The translations under genes were made by a program, and so were the position numbers. 49,751 nt of DNA from Pseudonocardia sp. (lineage in GTDB: Bacteria; Actinomycetota; Actinomycetes; Mycobacteriales; Pseudonocardiaceae). The notes below the pieces were generated by a model. That model made no database searches. It was not told where the DNA came from and worked only from the letters and a program-made list of their open reading frames with translations. How positions within the stretch are numbered: the stretch's first letter is position 1; the number at the start of each line of letters is the position of its first letter. The DNA lies in the NCBI GenBank assembly GCA_025465235.1, contig JAODNO010000626.1:1-49751 (forward strand), in the 5' to 3' direction. This document shows, piece by piece, positions 37,702 to 48,169 of the stretch.

Positions 37702-39294
37702 CTACTGGCGGAGGTCGGCGCCGATGCCCGTGAGGGATCGGACCTCCATCTCCTTCTGCGCGTCCGGGCTCTCGCTTCTGCCGCCGAGCATCGTGCCGAT
37801 GTAGCCGCAGAGGAACGAGAACGGGATCGAGACGATGCCGGGGTTGTTCAGCGGGAACAGGTGGAAGTCGACCATCGTGAAGATCGACGTGGGGCTGCCC
37901 GACACCACCGGCGAGAACATGATCAGCAGCAGGCAGGAGCCGAGGCCGCCGTAGAGGCTCGACAGGGCGCCCGCGGTGTTGTACCGCTTCCAGAACAGCG
38001 CATACAGGATCGTGGACAGGTTCGCCGATGCGGCGAGCGCCAGCGCCAGCGCCACGAGGAACGCTACGTTCTGGCCGTTCGCCAGGATTCCCCCGAGGAT
38101 CGCCAGAACTCCGACCACCACGGCGGTGATCCGGGCGACCTTGACCTCCGCGCGCGGGTCGGTCCGGCCGCGCTTGATGATGTTGGCGTACACATCGTGG
38201 GCGAAGGACGCCGACGCGGCGAGCGTCAGCCCGGCGACGACCGCCAGGATGGTGGCGAAGGCCACCGCGGAAACGATGCCCAGCAGCACGGGCCCGCCGA
38301 TCTGCAGCGCCAGCAGCGGCGCCGCGGAGTTCTCCCCGCTCGGAGCGTTCAGGATGGCCGGGGAGCCGACGAGCGCGCTGGCGCCGTAACCGATCACCAG
38401 CGTGCACAGGTAGAACACGACCATCGTGCAGACAGCCCACACCACCGAGCGGCGCGCCTGGACGGCGTTGGGCACGGTGTAGAAGCGGGTCAGCACGTGC
38501 GGCAGGCTGCAGATGCCCAGCACGAGCGCCAGTGCCAGCGAGACGAAGTCCAGCTCGTTGCCGCCGTACAGGGTGCCCGGCTTCAGGATCGCGTTGCCGA
38601 GCGGGTTGTTGGCGACGGCCTGCTGGAGGATCGAGGAGAAGTTGAAGTCGAACTTGCCCAGCAGGAAGACCGTGATCATGGTGACGCACAGCAGCAGGAG
38701 CACGGCCTTGACGATCTGCACCCAGGTGGTGCCTTTCATGCCGCCGACGAGGACGTACAAGATCATGATCAGACCGACGATCGCGATGATGATCGACTGG
38801 CCCGTGCGGTCGGTGATGTTGAGCAGCAGCGCGACGAGACCGCCCGCTCCGGCCATCTGCGCCAGCATGTAGAAGAACGAGATCACCAGCGTGGAGACCG
38901 CGGCGGCTGCACGCACGGGACGCTGACGCATCCGGTAGGCGATGACGTCGCCCATGGTGAACCGACCGGTGTTGCGCAGCAGTTCGCCGATCAGAAGGAG
39001 GCCGACCAGCCAGGCCACGACCCAGCCGACGGAGTACAGAAACCCGTCGTAGCCGTGCACCGCGATGGCGCCTGCGATGCCGAGGAACGAGGCCGCCGAC
39101 AGGAAGTCGCCGGACAGGGCGATCCCGTTCTGCGCGCCGGTGAAGCCGGAGTCGGCCGCGTAGTAGTCCGCGGTGGACGTGCCACCCCGGCTCACCACGT
39201 AGACGAGCGCCAGTGTGGCCACCGCGAACGCCGCGAAGACCCCGATGTTCGCCACCGGATCGCCGATCGCGTCGGCCGCCAGTACGACGTTCAC
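37702..39294 (-). CDS. actP: Cation/acetate symporter (SSS family)
   Basis: QNGIALSGDFLSAASFLG, GGMKGTTWVQIVKA, LPHVLTRFYTVP, AFATILAVVAGL; follows DUF485. Confidence 0.9.
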   Translation of the reverse strand: MNVVLAADAIGDPVANIGVFAAFAVATLALVYVVSRGGTSTADYYAADSGFTGAQNGIALSGDFLSAASFLGIAGAIAVHGYDGFLYSVGWVVAWLVGLLLIGELLRNTGRFTMGDVIAYRMRQRPVRAAAAVSTLVISFFYMLAQMAGAGGLVALLLNITDRTGQSIIIAIVGLIMILYVLVGGMKGTTWVQIVKAVLLLLCVTMITVFLLGKFDFNFSSILQQAVANNPLGNAILKPGTLYGGNELDFVSLALALVLGICSLPHVLTRFYTVPNAVQARRSVVWAVCTMVVFYLCTLVIGYGASALVGSPAILNAPSGENSAAPLLALQIGGPVLLGIVSAVAFATILAVVAGLTLAASASFAHDVYANIIKRGRTDPRAEVKVARITAVVVGVLAILGGILANGQNVAFLVALALALAASANLSTILYALFWKRYNTAGALSSLYGGLGSCLLLIMFSPVVSGSPTSIFTMVDFHLFPLNNPGIVSIPFSFLCGYIGTMLGGRSESPDAQKEMEVRSLTGIGADLRQ

Positions 39295-39707
39295 GCCGGA
39301 CCCACTCCCGCCTGGGTGCGCACCAGGTTGACCTGGGGGTCGAGCTTGCGCTTGGCGTACCGGTTGTAGGTGAGCGTGATCGCCAGCGTGGTGACGAACT
39401 GCGCCAGGCCCAGCAGCATGCCGACCGTGATCAGGCCGAAGACCTGCGTGCCCATGAAGTCGTGGGCGTAGGCCGCCAGCAGGACGAACGTGAGGTACCA
39501 GCTCAGAAACACGAACGTCATCGGGAACACGAACCGGCGCAGCCTCGAGCGGAGCTCAGCGAACTCACGGCTGCTCTGGATGGCCGCGTAGTCCGGACGT
39601 CGCGGGGCCAGGGGTTCCCCGCCTCGCGGTGCGGGGGTGGGTCCGGCGCCCCACATCCCGTGTTCGAGTTGCGGCGGATCGACCCGCCGGATGCCTCCGG
39701 TCTGCAT
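39291..39707 (-). CDS. DUF485 (YjcH-like) membrane protein
   Basis: QSSREFAELRSRLRRFVFP, two TM helices, GTGA overlap with actP; start uncertain. Confidence 0.88.
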   Translation of the reverse strand: MQTGGIRRVDPPQLEHGMWGAGPTPAPRGGEPLAPRRPDYAAIQSSREFAELRSRLRRFVFPMTFVFLSWYLTFVLLAAYAHDFMGTQVFGLITVGMLLGLAQFVTTLAITLTYNRYAKRKLDPQVNLVRTQAGVGPA

Positions 39708-40095
39708 GCCGAGAGAGTCGTACGCCGGACGCTCCACCTCAGCCGTCACCTCGGGGAACCTGTCGCTCGGGTCATTGTTTCCTCCACACAACATTTCTGC
39801 TGCGACGGTGCAACAGGGTTGCGATTGTGCGCTGAGAGTAACCTGTGCCCGCACGCTTCCTCGACTGGTCCCACCGAAGGCCTTCGTGACCGTCGATTCG
39901 CCTGTTTTATCCGGACCCCAGCCGATGACGGAACAACCTTGGCTACTCGCAGTCAGCGGGGTGTAACCATCGGTGGAATCCGGCGTGGAATCTGGAGGGC
40001 TGGTCAGGGAGCCCACGTACGTGTCTCCCGTAATGCGTAGGTGTGGGGTTCGAATCCACTTCTTTTTGCTTTTTGTGGGGCCGGACGCTGATCCG

Positions 40096-40455
40096 ATGGA
40101 CAGCGCTCGTGCCTACTGGTTCCCGCGGCAGTGCCCACGCGTGCTGGTGTGGGCGGGCGCCGGCTCCACAAGCTCGGATGTAGCGCGGATCATCGGCCCG
40201 TACGGCGGGTCGCGGGTGCACACCGTGGAGTACGCCTGGTTGGAGCGGATGTGGTCGGTGCACCTGTACGCCTACCGATTCCCGGCCGTGCTGTTTCGTC
40301 CGTTCATAGAGCCGGAGCCGGCGCGCCGGTTCGGGGAACCGGAGCCGTCTGCCTATGTCGCGGCGGTGCCGGTGCGCCCGCTGGGGCCGCCGGAGCCCGT
40401 GGGCGACCTCCTCGCGGTGCATGACGAGGCCGGCATCGAACTCCGCGTGTTGGGT
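40096..40455 (+). pseudogene. DUF6886-like protein fragment
   Basis: YWFPRQCPR, RVHTVEYAWL, LYAYRFP, EPVGDLL..GIELRVL; both ends appear missing; short EPEP duplication. Confidence 0.6.
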
Positions 40456-40482
40456 GATCGCCAACGACGATCGGGGCTCGCG

Positions 40483-42477
40483 TCAGTGTTGCAGCGGCAG
40501 CGTGGCGGCGATCCGGGTGCCGTCGCCCGGGGGGCTCTCGATCTCCAGCCGGCCTCCCAGCGCCGCGACGCGGTCGTTGAGCCCGACCAGACCGGTTCCG
40601 TCGGCGCGGGCGCCGCCGACTCCGTCATCCCGCACGTGCACGCGCAGCACGCTGTCGTCGACCCGTGCCGTGACGTTCGCGCTCTGTGCGCCGGCGTGCT
40701 TCGCGACGTTCGTCAACGCTTCGGCAACGACGAAGTAGGCGCTGGCCTCGATCTCGGGAGGGAACCGGTCGCAGGGCACGTCCACGTTGACGGGCACGCG
40801 CAGGCGCGACACCAGCGCCCTCACGCCGGCCGCCAGACCGCCGTGGGCCAGGGCGCCGGGAAGGATGCCGTGCGCCAGTTCGCGGAGCTCAGCGTTGGCA
40901 TGCTCTGCCTGGTCGAGCGCTTCGCCGACAAGCGCTGTGGCCGCCTTGTCGTCCTCCTCGAGCGCATGCTCGATGAGCCTGAGCGTGAGGATCGCCTGGA
41001 CGAGGCTCTGCTGCGCGCCGTCGTGCAGGTCGCGCACGACGCGGCGGCGAGCGTCGTCGCCGGCCGTGAGCATGCGGGCCCGCGAGGCGAGGAGGTCTGC
41101 CCGCGCCTCCCCGTTCGAGATCGCCGTGGCGACGAGCTCGGTGAAGTCCGCGATGCGCGACTCCGTGTTCGGGGGGAACGGCGCCTCGCGCCTCGTGGAC
41201 GCCGCGATCGATCCCCACGTCCGCCGGCCGACGACAACCGGACAGCCGACCGACGCGCGGATGCCCAGCGCCTGGGCCTCGCGCGCGATGGGCCCCGACG
41301 CGCCCACGAAGGTGTCCATACGGGCCGGCCGGCCGGTCGCGAGTACCTGGGCGGCGATGCTTTCCCCCTCGAGCGCGAAGCGCCTGCCCACAGCGAGCTG
41401 GGCGTCACCGACCCGGCTCCAGGCGGCGATCGCGGTGACCGTGCGGTCCGGCTCGAAGCGCTCCATGCGAGCGAGGTCGGCGTCGCATTGCAGCCCGACC
41501 TCCCGGGTGACGGCCTCGAAGACCTCGGCGGTCGGCACCGCCTTCGCCACCAGCGTCGCCACCCGCCGCAGGGCAGCCTGCTCATCGGCGAGCCGGGCCA
41601 TTCCCGTCCGCGCATCGGTGTTCGAGATTGCCGTCGCGACGAGTTCGGCGAACTCGGTCAACCGACGTTCCATGTCCGTGGGGAGCGGGCCGCTCCCGGA
41701 TCAGGCGATCATCACGCCCCATCGGCGGCCTTCGACGACGACCGGAGCGCCTACTACCGACTTCGCATCCACGCCACGAGCGAACGCCGCCCGCACCGTA
41801 ATGCCCTCGTAGTTGTCGATGCGGGCGGCGCGCCCCGTGCGGAGCACTTCCGCAGACACGCTCGTCCCCTTGAGCTTGGCCCGATCGTAGGTGGGAGCGT
41901 CGTGTCCGGGCTTGCTCCATTCGGCCACGTGCACGAGCTCCGTCTCGTCCTCGTAGCGGGCGATGCGGAGGCCGTGCACGTCGAGCAGGATGCCGGCCTC
42001 CGCTGCCACCGCGGCGAAGAGCTCATGCGCGGGTGCACCCCGGGCGACAAGGGTCGCCACTCGGCGAAGCGCCGCCTGCTCGTCAGCGATTTCTCCGCGG
42101 GCCTGCTCGGCGGCCTCGGCGCGGCGGGCCGCGTGCGCCGCCAGCTCGCCCAAGAGGACCGCTATGCCCAGGTAGACGATGAGGTCGACGAGGTTGGCAG
42201 AATCCGGGAACTCGAGCGGGTGGGTCGGGGGGAGGTAGAACCAGTCGTAGGCGAGCATCCCCGCCATCCCCGCCGGGACCGCGTACACGATGCTCGCGAA
42301 CCGGGCGATCGCGATCACGGCGAACAGGTACACAACGCCCAGGAACGCGACGACGACCCTCGAGTCGATGCCCTTGAGAGCCACGGCTGCCAAGGCAAAG
42401 GTTCCGGCGCCGGTTGCGAACGCCAGCGCGAGCTCCGCGCCGAGCGGGAGCCGGTGGCCACGCTCCCATGCGTTCAC
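40483..42477 (-). pseudogene. DUF4118-GAF-GAF-HisKA_3/HATPase sensor kinase interrupted by an in-frame TGA at 41701-41703
   Basis: Both ORFs share a frame; two EQAALRRVATLVA repeats; RDLHDGAQQ, EALTNVAKHA, DDGVGG, GTGL. Confidence 0.85.
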
Positions 42478-42627
42478 GGAGGCAGGCTACTCCCGCATCG
42501 GAATGCTGACACCCCTACCAGCACCGTTGCCGGCACCATGCGATCAACTCGCCGGTGTGCTGAGTCTTCACGACGCTCTTGCTTCGACGGATGATCGATT
42601 GGGTTGGCCGGCCGAGTTCGTCCGCTC

Positions 42628-43434
42628 TCAGTCCTGCCTCAACAGCTCGCGGAACTCACCGGGGAGCTGCGCAACCGTGTCGCTGAACTCCTTTTCCCCC
42701 ACCCCCTCACGCAACACGGCAAGTACGGCCCTCGCGTGCTTGAACGCTTCCGCTCGCGGAAGGCGCTCGCGCCTGGCGACCTCGCGCAGAAACGCCTCGG
42801 CCGACAAAGGCATGGCCTTCCCGCCGCTGCGAGCTACGCCGTTCTCCAGCGCGGGACGGAGTTCCACCGGCACGAACGGCGCCAGGTCCGCCACTTGACC
42901 CTCAGTGATCCGCATTGCAAGGACCTCGAGCACCGCTTCGGTGGCGCGGATGGCTCGCTCCCGATCCATCCCCGCGAGCTCCGCGACCCGGTTCACCCAC
43001 TCGTCGAACGACAGTGGCCCGGTGAACGGGGCGTCTTTCAACCCTGACCTGGGCGCCTCCGCCACCGCCTCGTCGAGCAACGGGCCGAAATCCTTCGGCA
43101 GTTCCGAACGCATGTCGTCGAACTCGTCCGAGCCGATCGTGCTCCACAGCGCAGCGACGACCGCCTTGGCCTCTCGTTCGGCCTTCCCTCGGTCCACTCC
43201 CAGCTGCTCCTCGAGGCGCTTGATGAACCCATCCAGGTGGAACGTCTGCCGGCTACCGTCGAGTTCGACACACGATCGCAGTTGCTGCGGTAGGCGCTCG
43301 GCAATGTCCTCGGCCTCTCCCACTGAAATTCGCCGGGAAAGGGTGCGCAGCGTCCGGCAGGCGACTTGCTCGGCCTCCGCTTCCGGGAGGTCGGCCCGTT
43401 CCCGGACGACCGTGATGAAGCCCTGGTAATCCAT
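42628..43434 (-). CDS. DUF2267 repeat protein
   Basis: Two units F...V.ERA......A...L..L..RI..GE..D.A..LP, ending AQLPGEF. Confidence 0.85.
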   Translation of the reverse strand: MDYQGFITVVRERADLPEAEAEQVACRTLRTLSRRISVGEAEDIAERLPQQLRSCVELDGSRQTFHLDGFIKRLEEQLGVDRGKAEREAKAVVAALWSTIGSDEFDDMRSELPKDFGPLLDEAVAEAPRSGLKDAPFTGPLSFDEWVNRVAELAGMDRERAIRATEAVLEVLAMRITEGQVADLAPFVPVELRPALENGVARSGGKAMPLSAEAFLREVARRERLPRAEAFKHARAVLAVLREGVGEKEFSDTVAQLPGEFRELLRQD

Positions 43435-43508
43435 CGTCTCTCCCATGCTGGAGCCGGTGCGACACGGTGTCAGGGGGCACCCGGGCGCACAGGTCGTGGG
43501 ATGCGCGC

Positions 43509-43703
43509 TTACTGGTCCCGGAGCTCGGGCCGCGGCGGCCCGTCCAGCCCCAACTCCTCGATCTCCTCCTCGTCCGGGAACTCTGCGTCCGGCGCCCGCC
43601 ACGCCTCACGGGTGGGGCCCCGCCCGCGCAGCTCGTTCTCGATCTCGCGCTCGAGAACCTCGTCCTTCAGGAAACCGTGCTTGGCGCTGCCTCGCTCTGC
43701 CAC
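43509..43703 (-). CDS. Small acidic hypothetical protein (64 aa)
   Basis: GGAGG RBS; ERGSAKHG..KDE.L..E....LRG..PTR..W pattern. Confidence 0.6.
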   Translation of the reverse strand: MAERGSAKHGFLKDEVLEREIENELRGRGPTREAWRAPDAEFPDEEEIEELGLDGPPRPELRDQ

Positions 43704-43743
43704 CGCATCCTCCGTGAGGTCGTCGGTTGATGGACCACGGCGG

Positions 43744-43769
43744 ATACCCACCACCGCCGTCGCTATACC
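43744..43769 (-). promoter_or_regulatory. SigF/SigB-type promoter
   Basis: Minus strand GGTAT-N15-GGGTAT, 40 nt upstream of the small ORF. Confidence 0.5.
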
Positions 43770-44070
43770 TCGGGTCTCAACCCGAGTGCTGCTGGCCGGG
43801 ATCCTCGACGGGCAGGAGACGAAGCGCCGGACGGTGGCGGGTGGCTGACCGCCCAACCAAGACGATCACTGCGTGTATCGCGGGGCTCGTCGAGACCGCC
43901 CCGAGGTGACGTGCGGTGAGCAGCTCGAGCTGGCGAGGCGCGGTGTGGTTGGCGCAGTGGGTGGCTCGCGGTGGGCCGCCTGGAACATCCGCAACCCGGA
44001 GCGGGTCCGGCGCTGGCGGTGGCGTCTACGCGGCCCGAGTGGATGCGATGGTTTGGCGAGGGTGATGACA

Positions 44071-44089
44071 TCTTGACGTTTTCCTGACG
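44071..44089 (+). promoter_or_regulatory. 11-bp-period direct repeat, candidate OmpR/KdpE-type site
   Basis: TCTTGACG-N3-TCCTGACG upstream of the KimA-like transporter. Confidence 0.4.
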
Positions 44090-44133
44090 GGCGCCGAGCC
44101 ATTGGATACGACCTGCGCGCCGAAACTGATGCA

Positions 44134-46149
44134 GTGTTCGATGTGGTCAAGCGCCTGCTGGTGGGGCGGCCCTTACGTAGTGCCCGGCTCGGCGAGACGT
44201 TGCTGCCCAAGCGGGTGGCGCTCGCGGTGTTCTGTTCCGACCCGATCTCGTCGGTCGCCTACGCGACAGAGCAGATCGTTCTGGTGTTGGCCGCGGGCGG
44301 TCTGGTGGCTCTGCGCGCGGCGCCGTGGATCGGGGTGGTGGTGGCGCTGCTACTGGTGACGGTAGTTGCGTCCTACCGGCAGACCTGCTTCGCCTACCCG
44401 TCCGGCGGGGGCGCCTACGTGGTCAGTCGGGAGAACCTCGGCGAGGGCGCGGCACTGGCAGCCGCCGCGGCGCTGCTGGTGGACTACGTGATGACCGTGG
44501 CGGTGTCGGTCACCTCCGGTGTCGTGGCGGTGACCTCGGCGTTCCCGGTGCTCTCGCCACACGCGGTGGCGATCGCGATCGGGCTGATCGTGGTGCTCGC
44601 GCTGGCCAACCTGCGGGGGACGAAGGAGTCGGGGCGGGCGTTCGCCGTGCCCACCTATGCCTTCGTGGGCTTGACCGTGTTGATGTTCGTATGGGCCGGG
44701 GTCAAGGCAGTGACGGTGGGGTTGCCGCCCGCGTCCACCGCGGGCTTACCGGTGCCGGCGACGAGCGGGGTCGCGGGGCTGGCGATGCTGCTGTTGCTGG
44801 TACGGGCGTTCGCATCGGGTTGCACCGCCCTGACGGGGGTGGAGGCGATCAGCAACGGCGTGCCCTCGTTCGAGAAACCGAAGGCCCGCAACGCCGCGAT
44901 CACGCTGACGATGATGGGACTGATCGCGGTGGTGCTGTTCGGTGGGATCACCGTGCTCGCGGTAGCGCTGGATGCCCGCGCGCTGCCGGATGGCGACCCG
45001 TCGGTGATCTCGCAGATCGCGGTGTCGGTGTTCGGTGGCGGCTCGCCGGTGTTCTACCTGTTCCAGGCGGCGACCGCGGCCATCCTCGTGCTCGCGGCGA
45101 ACACCGCGTTCAACGGCTTCCCGGGGCTGGCCTCGATCCTGGCGCGAGATCGGTACCTGCCGCGGCAGCTGCACAACCGCGGGGACCGGCTGGTCTTCTC
45201 CAACGGGATCGTGCTCCTCGCGGCCGCGGCGGTCGCGCTGATCATCGGCTTCGACGCGAACCTCGACCGGCTGATCCAGCTTTACATCATCGGGGTGTTC
45301 ACCAGCTTCACACTCTCGCAGTTCGGAATGGTGCGGCACTGGCAACGCTCCTTGCGCGGCAGCGACACAGGTCGTGGTGGCGGCCGGTCGGTCAGCGATG
45401 GGCTCGGCGGCGCGGAGCGCCACGCCATCCGCCGGTCGCAGGCGATCAACACCATCGGGGCGATCTTCACCGCCGTCGTGCTCGTCGTCGTGTTCGCCAC
45501 CAAGGTCACCCATGGCGCGTGGCTCGCGGTCGTCGCGATGGTGGTGCTATTCGTGGCGATGCGGGCGACGAACCGCTACTACCGCCGCGTCACGGCGGAG
45601 GTCACCCCCGATCCGGACGACCCCGCGGTGACGCTGCCGAGCAGGGTGCACGCCGTGGTGCTGGTCTCGCGCCTGCACAAGCCCGCGTTGCGGGCCTTGG
45701 CGCTGGCCCGTGCGACTCGTCCGGCTGTGCTGAGCGCAGTCACGCTCAACATCGATGATGAGGAGACCCGGCAGCTCCGGGCGGACTGGGAGCAGCGCGC
45801 GGTTCCGGTGCCGCTCACCGTGGTCGAAGCCCCTTACCGGGACCTGAACGGTCCCCTGATCACCTATGTCAAGCAGCTACGCGCGGCGAACCCGCAGACG
45901 GTGTTCATGGTGTTCATCCCGGAGTACGTCGTCACCAAATGGTGGCAGCAGTTGCTGCACAACCAGAGCGCGCTGCGGTTCAAAGCGCGGCTGCTGTTCA
46001 CTCCGGGCGTGGTCGTGGTCGACGTGCCCTACCACCTCGGCGTCGGCGACCAGGGCTGGCTCGGAGCCCGCCGGGGCGCGATCATGGCCACCTCGGCAGT
46101 GGACCCCGACCCTGAGATCGGCGCCACCGAGATCCGGTCGGTTCGGTGA
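44134..46149 (+). CDS. APC-family permease, KimA/YdaO-like (probable K+ importer)
   Basis: SDPISSVAYATEQI, YPSGGGAY, ALTGVEAISNGVP, AANTAFNGFP, cytoplasmic domain with WWQQLLHNQSA. Confidence 0.92.
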   Translation: MFDVVKRLLVGRPLRSARLGETLLPKRVALAVFCSDPISSVAYATEQIVLVLAAGGLVALRAAPWIGVVVALLLVTVVASYRQTCFAYPSGGGAYVVSRENLGEGAALAAAAALLVDYVMTVAVSVTSGVVAVTSAFPVLSPHAVAIAIGLIVVLALANLRGTKESGRAFAVPTYAFVGLTVLMFVWAGVKAVTVGLPPASTAGLPVPATSGVAGLAMLLLLVRAFASGCTALTGVEAISNGVPSFEKPKARNAAITLTMMGLIAVVLFGGITVLAVALDARALPDGDPSVISQIAVSVFGGGSPVFYLFQAATAAILVLAANTAFNGFPGLASILARDRYLPRQLHNRGDRLVFSNGIVLLAAAAVALIIGFDANLDRLIQLYIIGVFTSFTLSQFGMVRHWQRSLRGSDTGRGGGRSVSDGLGGAERHAIRRSQAINTIGAIFTAVVLVVVFATKVTHGAWLAVVAMVVLFVAMRATNRYYRRVTAEVTPDPDDPAVTLPSRVHAVVLVSRLHKPALRALALARATRPAVLSAVTLNIDDEETRQLRADWEQRAVPVPLTVVEAPYRDLNGPLITYVKQLRAANPQTVFMVFIPEYVVTKWWQQLLHNQSALRFKARLLFTPGVVVVDVPYHLGVGDQGWLGARRGAIMATSAVDPDPEIGATEIRSVR

Positions 46150-46427
46150 GGGAGCCGCTCCTGACAGTTTCGGTGGCCAATCTTGGATCGCCACCCCGCT
46201 CCGGCGGCCCAAGCTCACACCGAGATCGCCATCAACACGAAGGCGCCTGCCCACCTCCGCGTACGAAGCCTCGTTGCCCCAGACCGTCGAGGAGGAACCC
46301 GGTCCCAAAACGCCCAATATCGACGACCGATGACCACTCACGTGAGAAGCGGGCAGCGGGCCTTGCAAGCCGGTGACGTTGCACTGGCGGAACCGAGAGC
46401 CCTCCTTGGTTGATGAGGAAGGTCTGA

Positions 46428-46680
46428 CCCGATTCCGCAAGTAGCCGTAGTGTTGATCTTTCTCGTGTGATGTTTGTCGTTTCGTTCTCGTTTCGGGGTT
46501 GTGGACAGCCGGGCGGCCCGAGTGTCGCCTTGGGTGAGCGGGGTTCCGGTGTTGGTTGGGAGGCTGTTGTGGCCAGGTCAGGGCGTCGCGGGCAGGCCGC
46601 GGATGCAGGCGATGGCCTCGTCGAGCAGGTCGTGTCCCGGGGGTAGACGCAGCTCGATCGCTCCGGCGTGGCGGATCAGA
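46428..46680 (-). mobile_element. IS1380-family remnant (transposase C-terminus and right end)
   Basis: LIRHAGAIELRLPPGHDLLDEAIACIRGLPATP*, a 150-bp non-coding tail and terminal CCCGATTCCGC; family recognised from memory. Confidence 0.6.
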
Positions 46681-46893
46681 TCTACGCCGTTCGCGGCTGG
46701 GGTCCTGTGGACCGTGCCGGCTCGCTCGACACGCGAGCCGACGGCGCGAACTCGCCGGCGTCCAGACGCTTGATCAGGTCCGCCGCAATGCGCCTGGCTC
46801 GCCGACACCCTCGCCGGGCACCAGGCGTGCATCAGCCACAGCAGTCCCTACGCAGCGCCGTTGTGGGCGTGCATGGCCGAGACCACGCCGCGG

Positions 46894-47211
46894 CTACCGA
46901 GGTCCGCCGGCGGGATTGGCGGAGCCGTCGCCCGGATCAGCGTCCGGTCCGTCTGCGGACGCGAGTGGGTAGAGCCTTCCCGGCCGAACCCGTCGCTGCG
47001 GCTGTTCCCGGCCGTCGACGAACCAGGCGACCGGGTGGCGGCTACCGAGTTCGCCTATCACGAACCTCGTCACGGAGGCTGCCAGGACTCGCCAGTCCGT
47101 TGACCGGTCCTTGGCGTAGGCCCGTGCCTCGCGCTCGGTTGTGAACACGATCTCGACGGTGCCGATGTCGTCAGGCCGGGTGGCGTGGACGGAGTAGACC
47201 GCTTCCCTCAC
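46894..47211 (-). CDS. Hypothetical protein
   Basis: Globular-looking 105 aa ORF divergent from a small HTH gene. Confidence 0.6.
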   Translation of the reverse strand: MREAVYSVHATRPDDIGTVEIVFTTEREARAYAKDRSTDWRVLAASVTRFVIGELGSRHPVAWFVDGREQPQRRVRPGRLYPLASADGPDADPGDGSANPAGGPR

Positions 47212-47220
47212 TCGGTCAGT

Positions 47221-47238
47221 CTTTCGAATTTCCGAAAG
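47221..47238. promoter_or_regulatory. Palindromic operator between divergent small genes
   Basis: CTTTCG-N6-CGAAAG in a 49-bp AT-rich spacer. Confidence 0.5.
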
Positions 47239-47260
47239 GCCCGCAACCTAGCGTCGTTAC

Positions 47261-47518
47261 GTGGCCGATGATCTAGATGACCTGGCACGGCGCCTCGCCG
47301 AGCCGGTCGGCGGCCTGTCGGACGAAGAACTGATCGCCGCCGTTCGGCAAGCCGAGCAGATCCGCGCGGCCAGCAGGGAGCGCACAGGCCGGCTGCTCGC
47401 AGAGCTACACACACGAGGCCTGTCCTGGCCCCGGATCGCCCGCGAGACGGGCATCCGGCAAACCACGGCCTACGACTGGGCCCAGCCGTACCTGAACGTT
47501 CACGGCGACGAGACGTAG
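47261..47518 (+). CDS. Small HTH DNA-binding protein
   Basis: RGLSWPRIARETGIRQTTAYDW C-terminal HTH. Confidence 0.75.
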   Translation: MADDLDDLARRLAEPVGGLSDEELIAAVRQAEQIRAASRERTGRLLAELHTRGLSWPRIARETGIRQTTAYDWAQPYLNVHGDET

Positions 47519-47719
47519 ATCCGGCATTCGGACTGGTCCCCGCGGCGATCCTGTCTTATACCGGGCGGGCGGGCGGGCGAGCGCCGGCGGCGTGGTTGCA
47601 TGCCCCGGATGCAACCTACGAGCTGCTCGCTGACTCGGCCGACCGGCCCGCGAAACGGCTACTACCAGCAGCAGAGCTACCAGCGGCCGCTCCAACAGCG
47701 GCAGCCGTACGCGCCGGCG

Positions 47720-47885
47720 CCAAGGGCGGACGAGCCCGGGGAGCCGGCCATGGCGGCGAGTAGATGGGCGAGGGCGGGGTCGCGGACCGACCGCCAGCCC
47801 GGACGCCCGGTCCGGCGCGTGTCAGTCGGGGTGCCGGTGAGGTTGTCCTCGAAGTTGTCCAGGACCAGCAGCACGGGCAGCGCGG
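47720..47885 (-). pseudogene. STAND/NB-ARC-type ATPase fragment
   Basis: PVLLVLDNFEDNL Walker-B segment followed by VRDPALAHLLA..PG.S. Confidence 0.5.
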
Positions 47886-48169
47886 CGAGGACCCCGCGGT
47901 GGTGATCGGCACCAACACCTCGCCGCCGGTCAGGAAGACGGCCGCCGCGACGGGTGGTGGCGGCAACCGGCAGTGGAAGAGCTGTGTCCTGCCTGCGAGG
48001 CTGCGATCAGAGCTCGACGGCGGCGATCACGGACCGGTGGGTTTGCCAGAACGGGCCCGCGCGGGCGGGGTCTGGATCTATGTTCACTCCTGGACGATGC
48101 GACGCCGTGCCGGGGCGCTGGTGGGGCGTGCGGATGCCGGCCGGCGGTTGCTGCTCGCTGAGTCTGCGC

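Noticed and set aside
37598-38689. N-terminal extension of the PPOX ORF
   Set aside because: Off-frame overlap with actP
41701-41703. Selenocysteine or programmed readthrough
   Set aside because: The position fits Trp rather than a catalytic Cys; no SECIS recognised
39973-42594. 873-aa plus-strand ORF
   Set aside because: Antisense shadow of the histidine kinase fused to a DUF6886-like fragment; typical high-GC artefact
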